From the NCBI GenBank assembly GCA_040954595.2, contig JBECUI020000037.1, positions 1 to 64,000 on the forward strand: a DNA stretch of 64,000 nt, in the 5' to 3' direction. The translations under genes and the position numbers were made by a program. Every line of letters starts with the position of its first letter. The stretch's first letter is position 1. Origin of the DNA: Balanoglossus misakiensis (Eukaryota > Animalia > Hemichordata). The notes beneath the pieces were generated by a model that was not told the DNA's origin, did not search any database, and was given only the letters and a program-made list of their open reading frames with translations. Shown here in pieces: positions 32,120 to 42,597 of the stretch.

Positions 32120-32154
32120 GCGGAAGTAGGGGATACTCTTACTTCCGCTTTTTT
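32120..32154 (+). terminator. Rho-independent terminator
   Basis: GCGGAAGTA..TACTTCCGC stem followed by TTTTTT. Confidence 0.85.
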
Positions 32155-32218
32155 GTTGGTTTTTGTACAGTATTTCAAGATAATATGTGAGAACCATATA
32201 TAAGTGAAGGAGAAACTT

Positions 32219-33334
32219 ATGAGAAAAAATTTAATTGTAATTTTTGTGTTATGTGCTATTGTGGCAACGGCCTTTGGGGCTGCTACTCAAGAAGAAGCTG
32301 CGGAACCGACTGCTCAGGCAAGCGGGCCTGCCCCCTTGCTGGAAACAAGAGGTCCTGCGGGAAATTCACCTACTTCATACCAAGATGTGCAGCTTGCCGG
32401 TGAAGATGTTTCACAGGCACGGCAGAGACAGCTAAAAATTGCAGTGCTCATGCATACTAGTGCAGACTTTACAAACTCTGTTATAGCTGGTGTACAAGAT
32501 ACAGCAGAACGTTTGAATGCAGAGGTAGTTTTGGTTGCTGATGCCGAATTTGATGCAAACAAGCAAAAAACCGATATAGAGAATGCATTGGTCTTAAATC
32601 CTGATATTATTATCACCCTTGTTCTTGACCCCGTATCAGGTGCTGCAGCACTACGTCCTGCTATAGATAGGGGTGTTTCCATAGCATTGCTGAGCCTGCT
32701 TCCCGACGGCTTTGTGCACGGCAAGGATTATGCTGCTATTGTAACAGACGATCTCTTTAATATGGGAAAATCCGTAGCAGAACTCATGAATGTGCAGCTT
32801 GGCGGAAGCGGCAAGGTCGGACTTATTTTTCATGATGCAAACTACTATGTTACCAACCAGCGGGATATTGCTGTAAAAACCGTGCTTAATCGCGATTACC
32901 CCAATATTGAGGTAGTTGTTGAACGTGGCATTGCCAATCCAGCAGAAGCAGAGGTTATTGCTTCTGCAATGTTAACCCAGTATCCTACATTGAATGCAAT
33001 CTATGCACCTTGGGATACGATAGCAGAAGGAGTACTGGCTGCCGCCCGGTCGCAGGGAAATAGGGATCTGAAGGTATACACCATGGACCTTGGTGGAACT
33101 ACCGCACTTGATATGGCACGAGGTGGGAACATGGGGGGCATTGTAGCCGATTTGCCCTACGAACTTGGGGTTACCCTTACCAATGTTGCAGTCTTGCATT
33201 TATTGGGCAAACCCACAGCACCATTTGTTACTGTACCTGCCATTAAGGTAACCAAAGACAATTTAGAAGCGGGCTGGAAGAAATCACTGAATCGAGAACT
33301 TCCTGTAGAAGTTAAAAATGCATTAAGTCAGTAA
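32219..33334 (+). CDS. Monosaccharide ABC substrate-binding protein (RbsB-type fold)
   Basis: Signal peptide, DAEFDANKQKTDIE, VTDDLFNMG, YTMDLG; AGGAG RBS. Confidence 0.85.
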   Translation: MRKNLIVIFVLCAIVATAFGAATQEEAAEPTAQASGPAPLLETRGPAGNSPTSYQDVQLAGEDVSQARQRQLKIAVLMHTSADFTNSVIAGVQDTAERLNAEVVLVADAEFDANKQKTDIENALVLNPDIIITLVLDPVSGAAALRPAIDRGVSIALLSLLPDGFVHGKDYAAIVTDDLFNMGKSVAELMNVQLGGSGKVGLIFHDANYYVTNQRDIAVKTVLNRDYPNIEVVVERGIANPAEAEVIASAMLTQYPTLNAIYAPWDTIAEGVLAAARSQGNRDLKVYTMDLGGTTALDMARGGNMGGIVADLPYELGVTLTNVAVLHLLGKPTAPFVTVPAIKVTKDNLEAGWKKSLNRELPVEVKNALSQ

Positions 33335-33348
33335 CACGGTTTTCATTT

Positions 33349-34835
33349 GTGCATAATCATAGGGAAATACTTGCTCTTCGAAATATATGGGTGAGTTTCA
33401 GTGGTGTAAATGTATTACGTAATGCAGAATTTTCACTGAGAAAAAAAGAGATCCATGCAATCGTCGGTAAGAACGGTGCTGGTAAATCTACGTTTATGAA
33501 GGTACTCACCGGGGTATATACACCGGATAAAGGGCAAGTATTGTTTTCCGGTGAGCCTTCATTGGTAAAGACGCGGCGTAAGCGGGTGGCGATGGTCTAT
33601 CAGGATCTCAGTTTAATTCCCAGTTTAAGCGTTATGCAGAATATTTTTCTGGTTTATAATCCCTATATAAAGTTTGGTTTTCTCCAGAATAAGCCTGCTT
33701 ATGCACATGCTAAGAGGATACTGGAGCAGGTCGGGGCACCGGGCATAGCACCGGATCAATTAGTTGAAACACTCAGTGCCGGCGAGGCACAGTTGGTAGA
33801 AATTGCGAAGGCAATTGCATCAGAACCGGAAATTATAGTATTTGACGAACCGACAGCTTCTCTGTCGGATGTTGAAAGCGCGAAATTATTTGAAACAATA
33901 AACAAACTACAAGAACAGGGGCAGTCCATTATATACATTACTCATTACTTAGAGGATGTTATGAAGATCTGCGAGAGGGTAACTGTTTTGCGTAATGGTG
34001 AGGTCATTTCAACGAATGAGATTAAACAGACCACCATGAAATCAATAATTGACGATATGCTTGGCAGCGATCTGGGCATGGAAGCAATACCACGTAAGCG
34101 ACGTAGTCGACAAGCTGATGAAGAGCCGATGCTTGATATACGTGATGCGTATACGAAGAAGGTGGGACCAGTTACTTTGTCTGCCTATCCTGGTGAAATT
34201 ATAGGCATAGCCGGATTACTGGGAAGCGGCCGAACCGAGATACTGCAAATGTTATATGGGCTGGATCCAATGCAATCCGGATCTATTCGTATTCAGGGGC
34301 AGGAGGTACAGATAAAAAATACAGAAGATGCAGCTCGCTATGGCATCAGTCTTGTACCTGAAGAACGCCGAAAACAGGGGCTTGTATTAAATTTTGATAT
34401 AAAAGAAAACATATCCCTTTTCAATTTCCAGTCTATATTATCACGCGGATTTATTGATCGGCATAAACGAAGGAAGTTAGCTGAAACCATGATTGCGCAG
34501 CTTCAAATTAGTACTACCGGTCCCGATCAGGTCGTACGTTACTTATCGGGTGGAAATCAGCAGAAGGTTGTGCTTGCAAAGTCTTTGGCAGGTACTCGAA
34601 AATCTTGTTGCTTGATGATCCTACCTTCGGGGTGGATATTCATGCAAAGATGGAAATTATGAAAATTATTAATGCATTTGCGGAAGCCGGCAATGTTGTA
34701 CTTTTTATTTCGTCTGAGTTTAGCGAAGTTGTTGCATTCTGTGATCGAACATACATCGTAAAGAAAAAAAGAACTGTTCGTGAATTAGTAAATAAATCTT
34801 TGACGGAAGGGGAGTTGTTATGGCAGGTGCAATAA
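33349..34835 (+). CDS. Monosaccharide ABC ATPase, RbsA-like (frameshift near 34600)
   Basis: GKNGAGKST, FDEPTASL, GLLGSGRTE, SGGNQQKV, LLDDPTFGVD. Confidence 0.9.
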
Positions 34836-35793
34836 AGATAAGACAAATAATGAAAAACATTCATACTAATATGAGTAATTACATTATATACGTTGTCTTT
34901 GCCATTATTTTCTTATTTTTTTCAGTAACACTACTAAACAAGGGTTTTTGACGCCAGGAAATCTCATGAATATTGCCCGACAGGTTGCCATGATATCAAT
35001 TATGGCAGTCGGCATGACCTTTGTTTTATCAGCTGCAGAAATTGATTTATCCTTCGGTGCGGTAGTAGCAATTTCATCTGTTATTACTGCCTTAACCCTG
35101 CGTGCTAGCGGAAGCATTGTTATTGCACTCTCAGCCGGGCTAGGGGTTGGTCTTTTAATTGGCTTTGTTAATGGTATTCTTGTGGGCTACGTGGGCATAC
35201 CGAGTTTTCTCGTAACGCTTGGCACATCGGGCATCATTGTCGGCATTGCTCGATGGGTTACTGCATTGCAATCCATTCCGGTTGATAATGATCTCTTTAT
35301 TTTTATATTCGGTTCGGGTGATATACTGCACATCTCCGTACTCTTTATCTGGATGGTTATTATAACACTGGGTGGGGTACTCTTATTGCATAAAACGGTT
35401 TTTGGCAGAAAAGTTCTTGCCACCGGTGGCAATGCAACAGCCGCTCTGTACTCAAGCATCAATACAAAGAAAATAAAAATGAGTGTCTTGGTTATGAATG
35501 CGACTATTGCGGCATTTGCCGGCATTTTGTACGTTGGCAGGCTACAAGGCGCACGCTATACACTCGGTGAAAATGACTTGATGATCGTTATAGCCGCTGT
35601 CATTATTGGTGGCACCAGCCTCTTTGGCGGGAAGGGGCGCATATTCGGCTCGGTTATCGGTGCCTTAATTATGGGCATGATTAATAATGGCTTAGTGCTC
35701 ATGGCACTTTCGGTTGACCATCAGCTGATCTTGCGTGGCCTTATTATTATTGTTTCAGTCATATTGATGATGAAGGGAGGTAAAGAAAATTGA
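34820..35793 (+). CDS. Monosaccharide ABC permease, RbsC-like (frameshift in T run near 34945)
   Basis: GGAG RBS plus ATG 34820, AEIDLSFGA, IPSFLVTLG, AAVIIGGTSLFGGKG. Confidence 0.9.
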
Positions 35794-37388
35794 ATGAGAA
35801 TAGCATGAAGGCAAAGAGAATTTTTGATGCAATGAGTACCGAAGAGCGGGTTGGGCAGCTTTTTGTGCTTGCCTTTCCGGGCAAGCATGCAAAGGTGCTT
35901 TTTGACCTTATCGACCGATACGGTCTTGGCGGTTGTTATATCAGTCAGGATAATGCTACAACAACGGATGAGGCACGAGTGCTGACGAAAGCCCTGCAAG
36001 ATCGATCTGCTATGAAGCAAAAGGATCTCCCCCTTATTCTAGGCGTGGATCAAGAGGGTGCATGGGGAGTACTTATTCCGGAGTCGACGATTGGTCCGGG
36101 CAATCTGGCACTTGGTATAGCAGATGATACAAACGATACCGAGAAGATGTATAGAATCTTTGCCCGCGAGATGAGGGCAGTGGGCTACCAAACAATACTT
36201 GGCCCCTGTGCAGACATCAACCTTGATCCGAAGAACCCAATTATCGGCACACGTTCATTTGGCGAGCATGCACAAAAGGTGGCGAGGCATGTAGCTGCAG
36301 CAGTGCGGGCAATCCGAGCAGAGGGGGCATTGGCGGCTGCAAAACATTTTCCGGGACATGGGCATACCCATGCAGATACACACCGTGATATACCCACTGT
36401 AAATAAGTCCGCTGAGCTATTGTTTCAGCAGGAATTACTTCCATTTCAGGCGGCAATAGATGCGGGCGTTGATATGATAATGACCAGTCATATACGATTT
36501 CCCCATTTAGACCCCAAGTATCCGGCTACCCTGTCTCATGCTATTCTAAGGGATTTACTTCGTGATAAGATGCATTTTCAAGGACTAATTATAACCGATA
36601 GCATGAATATGGGTGCAATGAGAAAACATTATACCCCTGAAGATGCTACTCTGCGTGCATTTCTTGCCGGAGCGGATTTAATTATGTTGTCGGAGGAACA
36701 CTACGAACATAGCGAGTCCTACCTTGAGAAACAGATAAACTCTATTCAGGGCATCGTTTCCGCTGTGGAGAAGGGCATTATTTCAGAAACCCTTCTTCGG
36801 GATAAGGTGCTTCGAATACTGGAAAAGAAATTAGAAATTAGCAGCAAGACGAATCCAGTTGACATCAACAAGCATAAGCAAATTGAGCGTATGGTGGCAC
36901 AGCGTGTGGTCCGTACTGTACGAAATAGTAACAATCTTCTTCCCTTGCATCGTTCGCAATCGGTAGCAATTTTGAACGCAACACCGAAATTGAGTTATCA
37001 TAATCTTGTTAATGCGCGCGGCATTGGTCCTAACCAAGTGAAGCCGGCATTTGATAGCTTTGCTGAGACCTTTTGTGCGTATTGGCCTTCTGTTGATGTG
37101 TTTAGCTACGAAGATATCGATTCTAATCGTATGGGGGGCGGCTATGATTTGTTTATTGCTGTTACCGAGGACTATCCATTGCCCGGCGAAGATTTTGAAA
37201 AGGCTGCACAGCAAGCGATGGTTAAGCGGCTTATCAGCCTCTACAAGGATAAATTGCTATTGCTGGGTTTGCGCAGTGCCTACGAGTTAGAAGAATATCC
37301 TGATTTAGGCTGCTATATATCTACGTATTCCAGCAGAAGCTGTGCGGCCATTGCGGCTGCGGAGTTTCTGTGTTCGACGAGTACGTAA
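35790..37388 (+). CDS. GH3 beta-N-acetylglucosaminidase (NagZ-like)
   Basis: GVDQEG, NPIIGTRSFG, KHFPGHGHTHADTH (D-x-H dyad loop), ITDSMNM nucleophile. Confidence 0.85.
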   Translation: MNENSMKAKRIFDAMSTEERVGQLFVLAFPGKHAKVLFDLIDRYGLGGCYISQDNATTTDEARVLTKALQDRSAMKQKDLPLILGVDQEGAWGVLIPESTIGPGNLALGIADDTNDTEKMYRIFAREMRAVGYQTILGPCADINLDPKNPIIGTRSFGEHAQKVARHVAAAVRAIRAEGALAAAKHFPGHGHTHADTHRDIPTVNKSAELLFQQELLPFQAAIDAGVDMIMTSHIRFPHLDPKYPATLSHAILRDLLRDKMHFQGLIITDSMNMGAMRKHYTPEDATLRAFLAGADLIMLSEEHYEHSESYLEKQINSIQGIVSAVEKGIISETLLRDKVLRILEKKLEISSKTNPVDINKHKQIERMVAQRVVRTVRNSNNLLPLHRSQSVAILNATPKLSYHNLVNARGIGPNQVKPAFDSFAETFCAYWPSVDVFSYEDIDSNRMGGGYDLFIAVTEDYPLPGEDFEKAAQQAMVKRLISLYKDKLLLLGLRSAYELEEYPDLGCYISTYSSRSCAAIAAAEFLCSTST

Positions 37389-37516
37389 AGAGTAAGTAAA
37401 GACTAAGTAAAGAGCATTGTTTTTTTCACTTGTACATGCATGGCTTTGTGTATATAGTTATACTATTCTAGTACACTTTCCTGTGATGAATATAAATAAA
37501 AAATGTAGGTTGGCTA

Positions 37517-38926
37517 ATGAATAAAAAAAACAATGAAGCACATGATATGCTTTCGTCTCCAATGACACCACTGATCTTACGTATGGCTATTCCTGCCAGC
37601 GTAGGGTTCTTTTTTAATACAATGTACAATGTTGTTGACACCTATTTTGCGGGTTTGCTTTCTGCCGATGCGCTGGCGGGCATGTCTCTATCTTTTCCGA
37701 TATTCATTGCTATTCTTTCGGTCGCTATAGGCATAGGAAATGGGGCAACAACACTTATTTCCAACGCACTTGGCGCACGGAAGACTGAAGAGGCTGTTGA
37801 TTTTCAAATGCAGGCGCTTATCCTTGGGGTTGCGGCTAGTGTGTTGTTAATAGTTATATCTGTGCCCCTGCTGCCGTTCTTCTTCAGCTTGTTTAAGGGT
37901 ACGGAGGCGGTCATAAAACATGCTCTGGAGTATACTCAGGTTCTTCTTATTGGCGGTTCGATCTTTTTTACAATTAACTTTGCGCTTAATGCAGGGCTCA
38001 ACGCCCGCGGGTTAACAAAAATCTACCGTAACCTGCTTATACTGTCCTTTTTTGCTAATGTCGGATTAGATCCCTTGTTTCTCTACGGTCTTAATATCAG
38101 TGGCATACAACTGATACCTGCTATGGGAGTAGGGGGCATTGCAATGGCGACTGTTATTGTGCAGATTGGCGGGGCGATATACCTTGTATACCATACCGTA
38201 CAGCATAACTGTGTTCGAGGCTGCACAAGGGAAAACCTTATGCCTCACTGGAATAAGATAAAACAGATCGTTCAGCAAGGCAGCCCGAACACTATTGATA
38301 TGATAATGATTGCAGCAGGGGCGGGGATTATTGTTGGTTTCCTTGCTGAAAATGGTACAGCTGCTGTAGCGGGGTTCGCCATTGGGCTGCGCATAGAACA
38401 AGTGGCACTTATTCCCACTATAGGACTGAATATTGCCCTTGCCGCTATTGCTGGGCAAAATAATGGTGCGAAACAGCCCGAACGAATACGTGAGGCTTAT
38501 CAGAAAACATTATTATTAGGCATCATTATCTTTGTTGGTATTATGACACCCTTGTTAATTTTTCATCGCTACATTATTGGTATTTTCACTTCGGAAGCGG
38601 ATATCTTTGCTGTTGCACAGACATATCTGTTTACACAAGCAATTACTTTCTATGCATACGTTTTGTTATTTCAATCACGTTCCGTGTTGCAGGGCATTAA
38701 ACGTCCCGGCATCATTGCTTTCGTGGGCATTACCCGACAAATAGTATTGCCTTCTCTTGTATTTCAGTTATTCACTGGAGTGTTTGCATGGGGAGTCATG
38801 GGTATTTGGTTGGGTATTATGATAATAAATTGGTTAGCAGCAATCTTTCTTGCATTGTTTACTCACACACGACTGAGGGCGGTGGAGCATCAGCAAAGCA
38901 AAGAAGCAGCAAAGACTCTGGTATAA
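37517..38926 (+). CDS. MATE family efflux transporter
   Basis: MAIPASVG..TMYNVVDTYF, NVGLDPLF, GVGGIAMAT, GQNNGAK; about 12 TM segments. Confidence 0.92.
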   Translation: MNKKNNEAHDMLSSPMTPLILRMAIPASVGFFFNTMYNVVDTYFAGLLSADALAGMSLSFPIFIAILSVAIGIGNGATTLISNALGARKTEEAVDFQMQALILGVAASVLLIVISVPLLPFFFSLFKGTEAVIKHALEYTQVLLIGGSIFFTINFALNAGLNARGLTKIYRNLLILSFFANVGLDPLFLYGLNISGIQLIPAMGVGGIAMATVIVQIGGAIYLVYHTVQHNCVRGCTRENLMPHWNKIKQIVQQGSPNTIDMIMIAAGAGIIVGFLAENGTAAVAGFAIGLRIEQVALIPTIGLNIALAAIAGQNNGAKQPERIREAYQKTLLLGIIIFVGIMTPLLIFHRYIIGIFTSEADIFAVAQTYLFTQAITFYAYVLLFQSRSVLQGIKRPGIIAFVGITRQIVLPSLVFQLFTGVFAWGVMGIWLGIMIINWLAAIFLALFTHTRLRAVEHQQSKEAAKTLV

Positions 38927-38960
38927 TAGCATACATTTACCAATACACTACTAAACACTA

Positions 38961-39212
38961 CCTGCTCGTAGAAGCTCGTAAAGCCTCGTAAATCCTTGTA
39001 AACCCTCGTAGAACTACCTACAAGCCCGACAAGTAAGCTCTCGAAGCTGTCCCTTTTCTTCAGTTACTTGTGTTTCATGCATGAGTATTTGGATATGCTG
39101 ATAAATTGCTTAGCAGCAATCTAAGACTAAGCATGTTAGGGAATCTTCGGCATGCTTGAAGAGACCTAGAGACCTAGACAACTAGACAATTCAAGGACTA
39201 GAGGACTAGAGA
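38961..39212. repeat. Short-period degenerate tandem repeats downstream of 5S rRNA
   Basis: 10-bp nnnnCTCGTA units x5 (38961-39014); 8-bp AGAGACCT, AGACAACT and AGGACTAG units (39160-39212). Confidence 0.55.
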
Positions 39213-39258
39213 ACGGGGGATAGGGAATAAAAATAAAATGGGCTGTAATTAAAAAAAG

Positions 39259-39370
39259 CGTCCGGCAATGACCTACTCTCCCACCAAGGCAGTACCATCG
39301 GCGCAGGAGGGCTTAACGACCGTGTTCGGAATGGGAACGGGTGGAACACCTCCGCTATGATCACCATAAC
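39259..39370 (-). rRNA. rrf: 5S rRNA
   Basis: Minus strand reads TGGTGATCATAGCGGAGG..CCCGTTCCCATTCCGAACACGG..GTTAAGCC..GCGCCGATGGTACT..GGGAGAGTAGG. Confidence 0.95.
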
Positions 39371-39448
39371 GCTTATATTTTACTAAAACTATAACGCTCG
39401 TAGAATAAACTACGAGCTCGACAAAAACATCGGGAAAGGAAGGAAAAT

Positions 39449-39737
39449 ATGACCAAGCCTCACGGAAGATTAGTACTGGTCAGCTAAACATGTTACCATG
39501 CGTACACTTCCAGCCTATCAACCAGATAGTCTTTCTGGTTCCTTTAGTCTCCTTAAAGGAGATGGGATTATTCATCTTGAGGAGGGCTTCCCGCTTAGAT
39601 GCTTTCAGCAGTTATCCCTTCCGAACATAGCTACCCAGCAATTACTTCTGGCGAAATAACTGGTACACTAGAGGTTCGTCCGTTTTGGTCCTCTCGTACT
39701 AAAAACAGCTCCTCTCAATAATCCAACGCCTGTGGCA

Positions 39738-39774
<37 letters not shown>

Positions 39775-39807
39775 ACTCACGTACCGCTTTCATTGGCGAA
39801 CAGCCAA

Positions 39808-39840
<33 letters not shown>

Positions 39841-39890
39841 TGAGTCGACATCGAGGTGCCAAACCCCGCCGTCGATATGAACTCTCGGGC

Positions 39891-39929
<39 letters not shown>

Positions 39930-40068
39930 AAGTGACGGCGCTTCCACGCGCTACCGCCAGATCACTAAGACCTACTTTCGTACCTGCTCGACTTGTTAGT
40001 CTTGCAGTCAAGCTACCTTATGCCTTTGCACATACCCGCTGATTTCCACCCAGCGTAAGGTAACCTTT

Positions 40069-40112
<44 letters not shown>

Positions 40113-40383
40113 CGCCCACCTGGCACGGTCCGCATACCTGATTCAAGGCATGCGTGAGACGTTTTATCGGAGAAGGGCGGTATTTCACCTGTGACTCCAC
40201 ACTAGCTAGCGCTAATGCTTCAAAGTCTCCCGCCTATGCTACACATCTACGACAAAACGTCAATACCAAGCTACAGTAAAGGTTCACGGGGTCTATCCGT
40301 CTAGCCACAGGTAATCGGTATCTTTACCGATACTCCAATTTCACCGAGTCTCGTGTTGAGACAGTGCTCAAGTCGTTACACCA

Positions 40384-40470
<87 letters not shown>

Positions 40471-41269
40471 CGTAGCTTCGCTTACGCTAACCACTCCTCT
40501 TAACCTTCCGGCACCGGGCAGGTGTCAGCCCCTATACATCTTCTTAGAATTAGCAGAGGCCTGTGTTTTTGGTAAACAGTCGCTCAAGCTTCTTTGTTGC
40601 AACCCACCATAACGTCCGAAGACACCATGGGTGGCCACACTTTTCCCAAAGTTACATGTGTAATTTGCCGAGTTCCTTAACACGAGTTCTCTCGCGCGCC
40701 TTAGAATACTCATCCTACTTACCTGTGTTGGTTTGCGGTACGGTCGTAATACAGTTATATCTTAGAGATTATTTCTTGCCATCTGACTAGACACACTTCG
40801 TCTTTCCGTAGATTGACTCGTGTTCATTACTCACCTCAGTGCGTGGATTTACCTGCGCACGTCAACGGCTTATAATTTCAACCGGGACAACCGTCGCCCG
40901 GATGTGCTTTGCCCGATGTGTCATCCCATCGTGCTGTATTACGGTACAGGAATATGAACCTGTTTCCCATCGACTACGACTTTCGTCCTTGCCTTAGGGA
41001 CCGACTAACCCTGGGAAGACGACCTTTACCCAGGAAACCTTAAGTTTTTGGCGAAGAGGATTCTCACCTCTTTTTTCGTTATTCATGCCTGCATTCTCGC
41101 TTCTGTTCTCTCCAGTATTTCTTACAAAATACCTTCAGTGAGTTCCAGAACGTTCGCCTACCGCCAGTACATAAATGTACTGACCCGTAGCTTCGGTACA
41201 ATGCTTGAGCTCCGTTACATTATCGGCGCATGCTTACTCGACCAGTGAGCTGTTACGCACTCTTTTAAG

Positions 41270-41302
<33 letters not shown>

Positions 41303-41865
41303 TTTTGCATTCACACAACCTTTTCCACTGAGCATTGTTTTGGAACCTTAGCTGACGATCTGGGCTGTTTCCCTTTCGACCACGAACCTTGTCGCCCGTA
41401 GTCTGACTCCTATGACTTATCTTATGGTATTCGAAGTTTATCTGAGTTTGGTACTCGGTGAAGAGCCCTAGCTCAACCAGTGCTCTACCTCCACAAGACT
41501 TTCATAAGGCTAGCCCTAAAGCTATTTCGGCGAAAACCAGCTATTGCCGGGTTTGATTAGCCTTTCACTCCTATTCACAGTTCATCCCTGCCGTTTTAAA
41601 CCGACGAGGGTTCGGTCCTCCACTACGCTTTACCGTAGCTTCAACCTGACCATAAATAGATCACCCGGTTTCGGGTCTACTGCATGAAACTCATTCGCCC
41701 TATTCAGACTCGGTTTCCCTCCGGCTTCGAGACTACAATCTCTTAACCTTGCTTCATACAGTAACTCGCAGGCCCATTCTACAAAAGGTACGCCATCATT
41801 TTGCTTACGCAAAACTCTGACTGCTTGTACGTCTGTGGTTTCAGGTTCTATTTCACTCCCCTCCC

Positions 41866-41897
<32 letters not shown>

Positions 41898-42440
41898 CTT
41901 CACTATCGGTAGCTATCTCGTATTTAGCCTTGGAAGGTGGTCCTCCCAGATTCAGACAGGATTTCTCGTGTCCCGCCCTACTTAGGGGACGACTCAGAGC
42001 CGAAATTATGTTACATACGGGACTATCACCCTCTTTGGTAGTGCTTTCCAGACACTTTCCGCTATATTTTCGGTTTTTTACTCTGCGGTACGATGTGCAT
42101 CATACCATAGTCGACCCTACAACCCTATACACGCAACGTTGCACAACTTACACGCGTATAGTTTAGGCTCGTCCCCGTTCGCTCGCCGCTACTAAGGGAA
42201 TCTCAATTTTGACTTCTTTTCCTCCGGATACTAAGATGGTTCAATTCTCCGGGTCTCACTTGTATAGCCTATTTTATTCAGATATACATGACAATGTTAC
42301 CACTGCCGGGTTACCCCATTCGGTAATCTTCGGATCATAGGATGTGTGCTCCTCACCGAAGCTTTTCGCAGCTTACCACGACCTTCTTCGTCAGATAGCT
42401 CCAAGGCATCCGCCACAGACGCTTATTTGCTTGGTCATAT
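39449..42440 (-). rRNA. rrl: 23S rRNA
   Basis: Universally conserved segments present (sarcin-ricin loop AGTACGAGAGGAC, PTC GGCACCTCGATGTCG, GTAGCGAAATTCCTTGTCGGGTAAGTTCCGACC). The ends pair as ATATGACCAAG / CTTGGTCATAT. Confidence 0.98.
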
Positions 42441-42462
42441 TTTTCTTACTTTCCCTAGTTTT

Positions 42463-42560
42463 GTGTCAAAGAACGACGAACTTGTCGCTTGTATATTCAC
42501 TATATAGTATCGGCAATATTTGTGTCAACTGTTTCTTATTATTTTATTATTTTTTTTTAT
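42463..42560 (-). promoter_or_regulatory. Dedicated rrl-rrf promoter with UP element and boxA
   Basis: TTGACA (42528-42523), 18-nt spacer, TATAGT; A-rich tract upstream; boxA-like GTTCTTTGACA at about 42473-42463. Confidence 0.7.
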
Positions 42561-42597
42561 TTATTTATTCGTTTATTTGTGTATTCGGCAGGATAGA

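Noticed and set aside
39770-39850. 23S changes equivalent to G2509A and C2579U
   Set aside because: The two changes are compensatory within one helix and represent ordinary lineage variation
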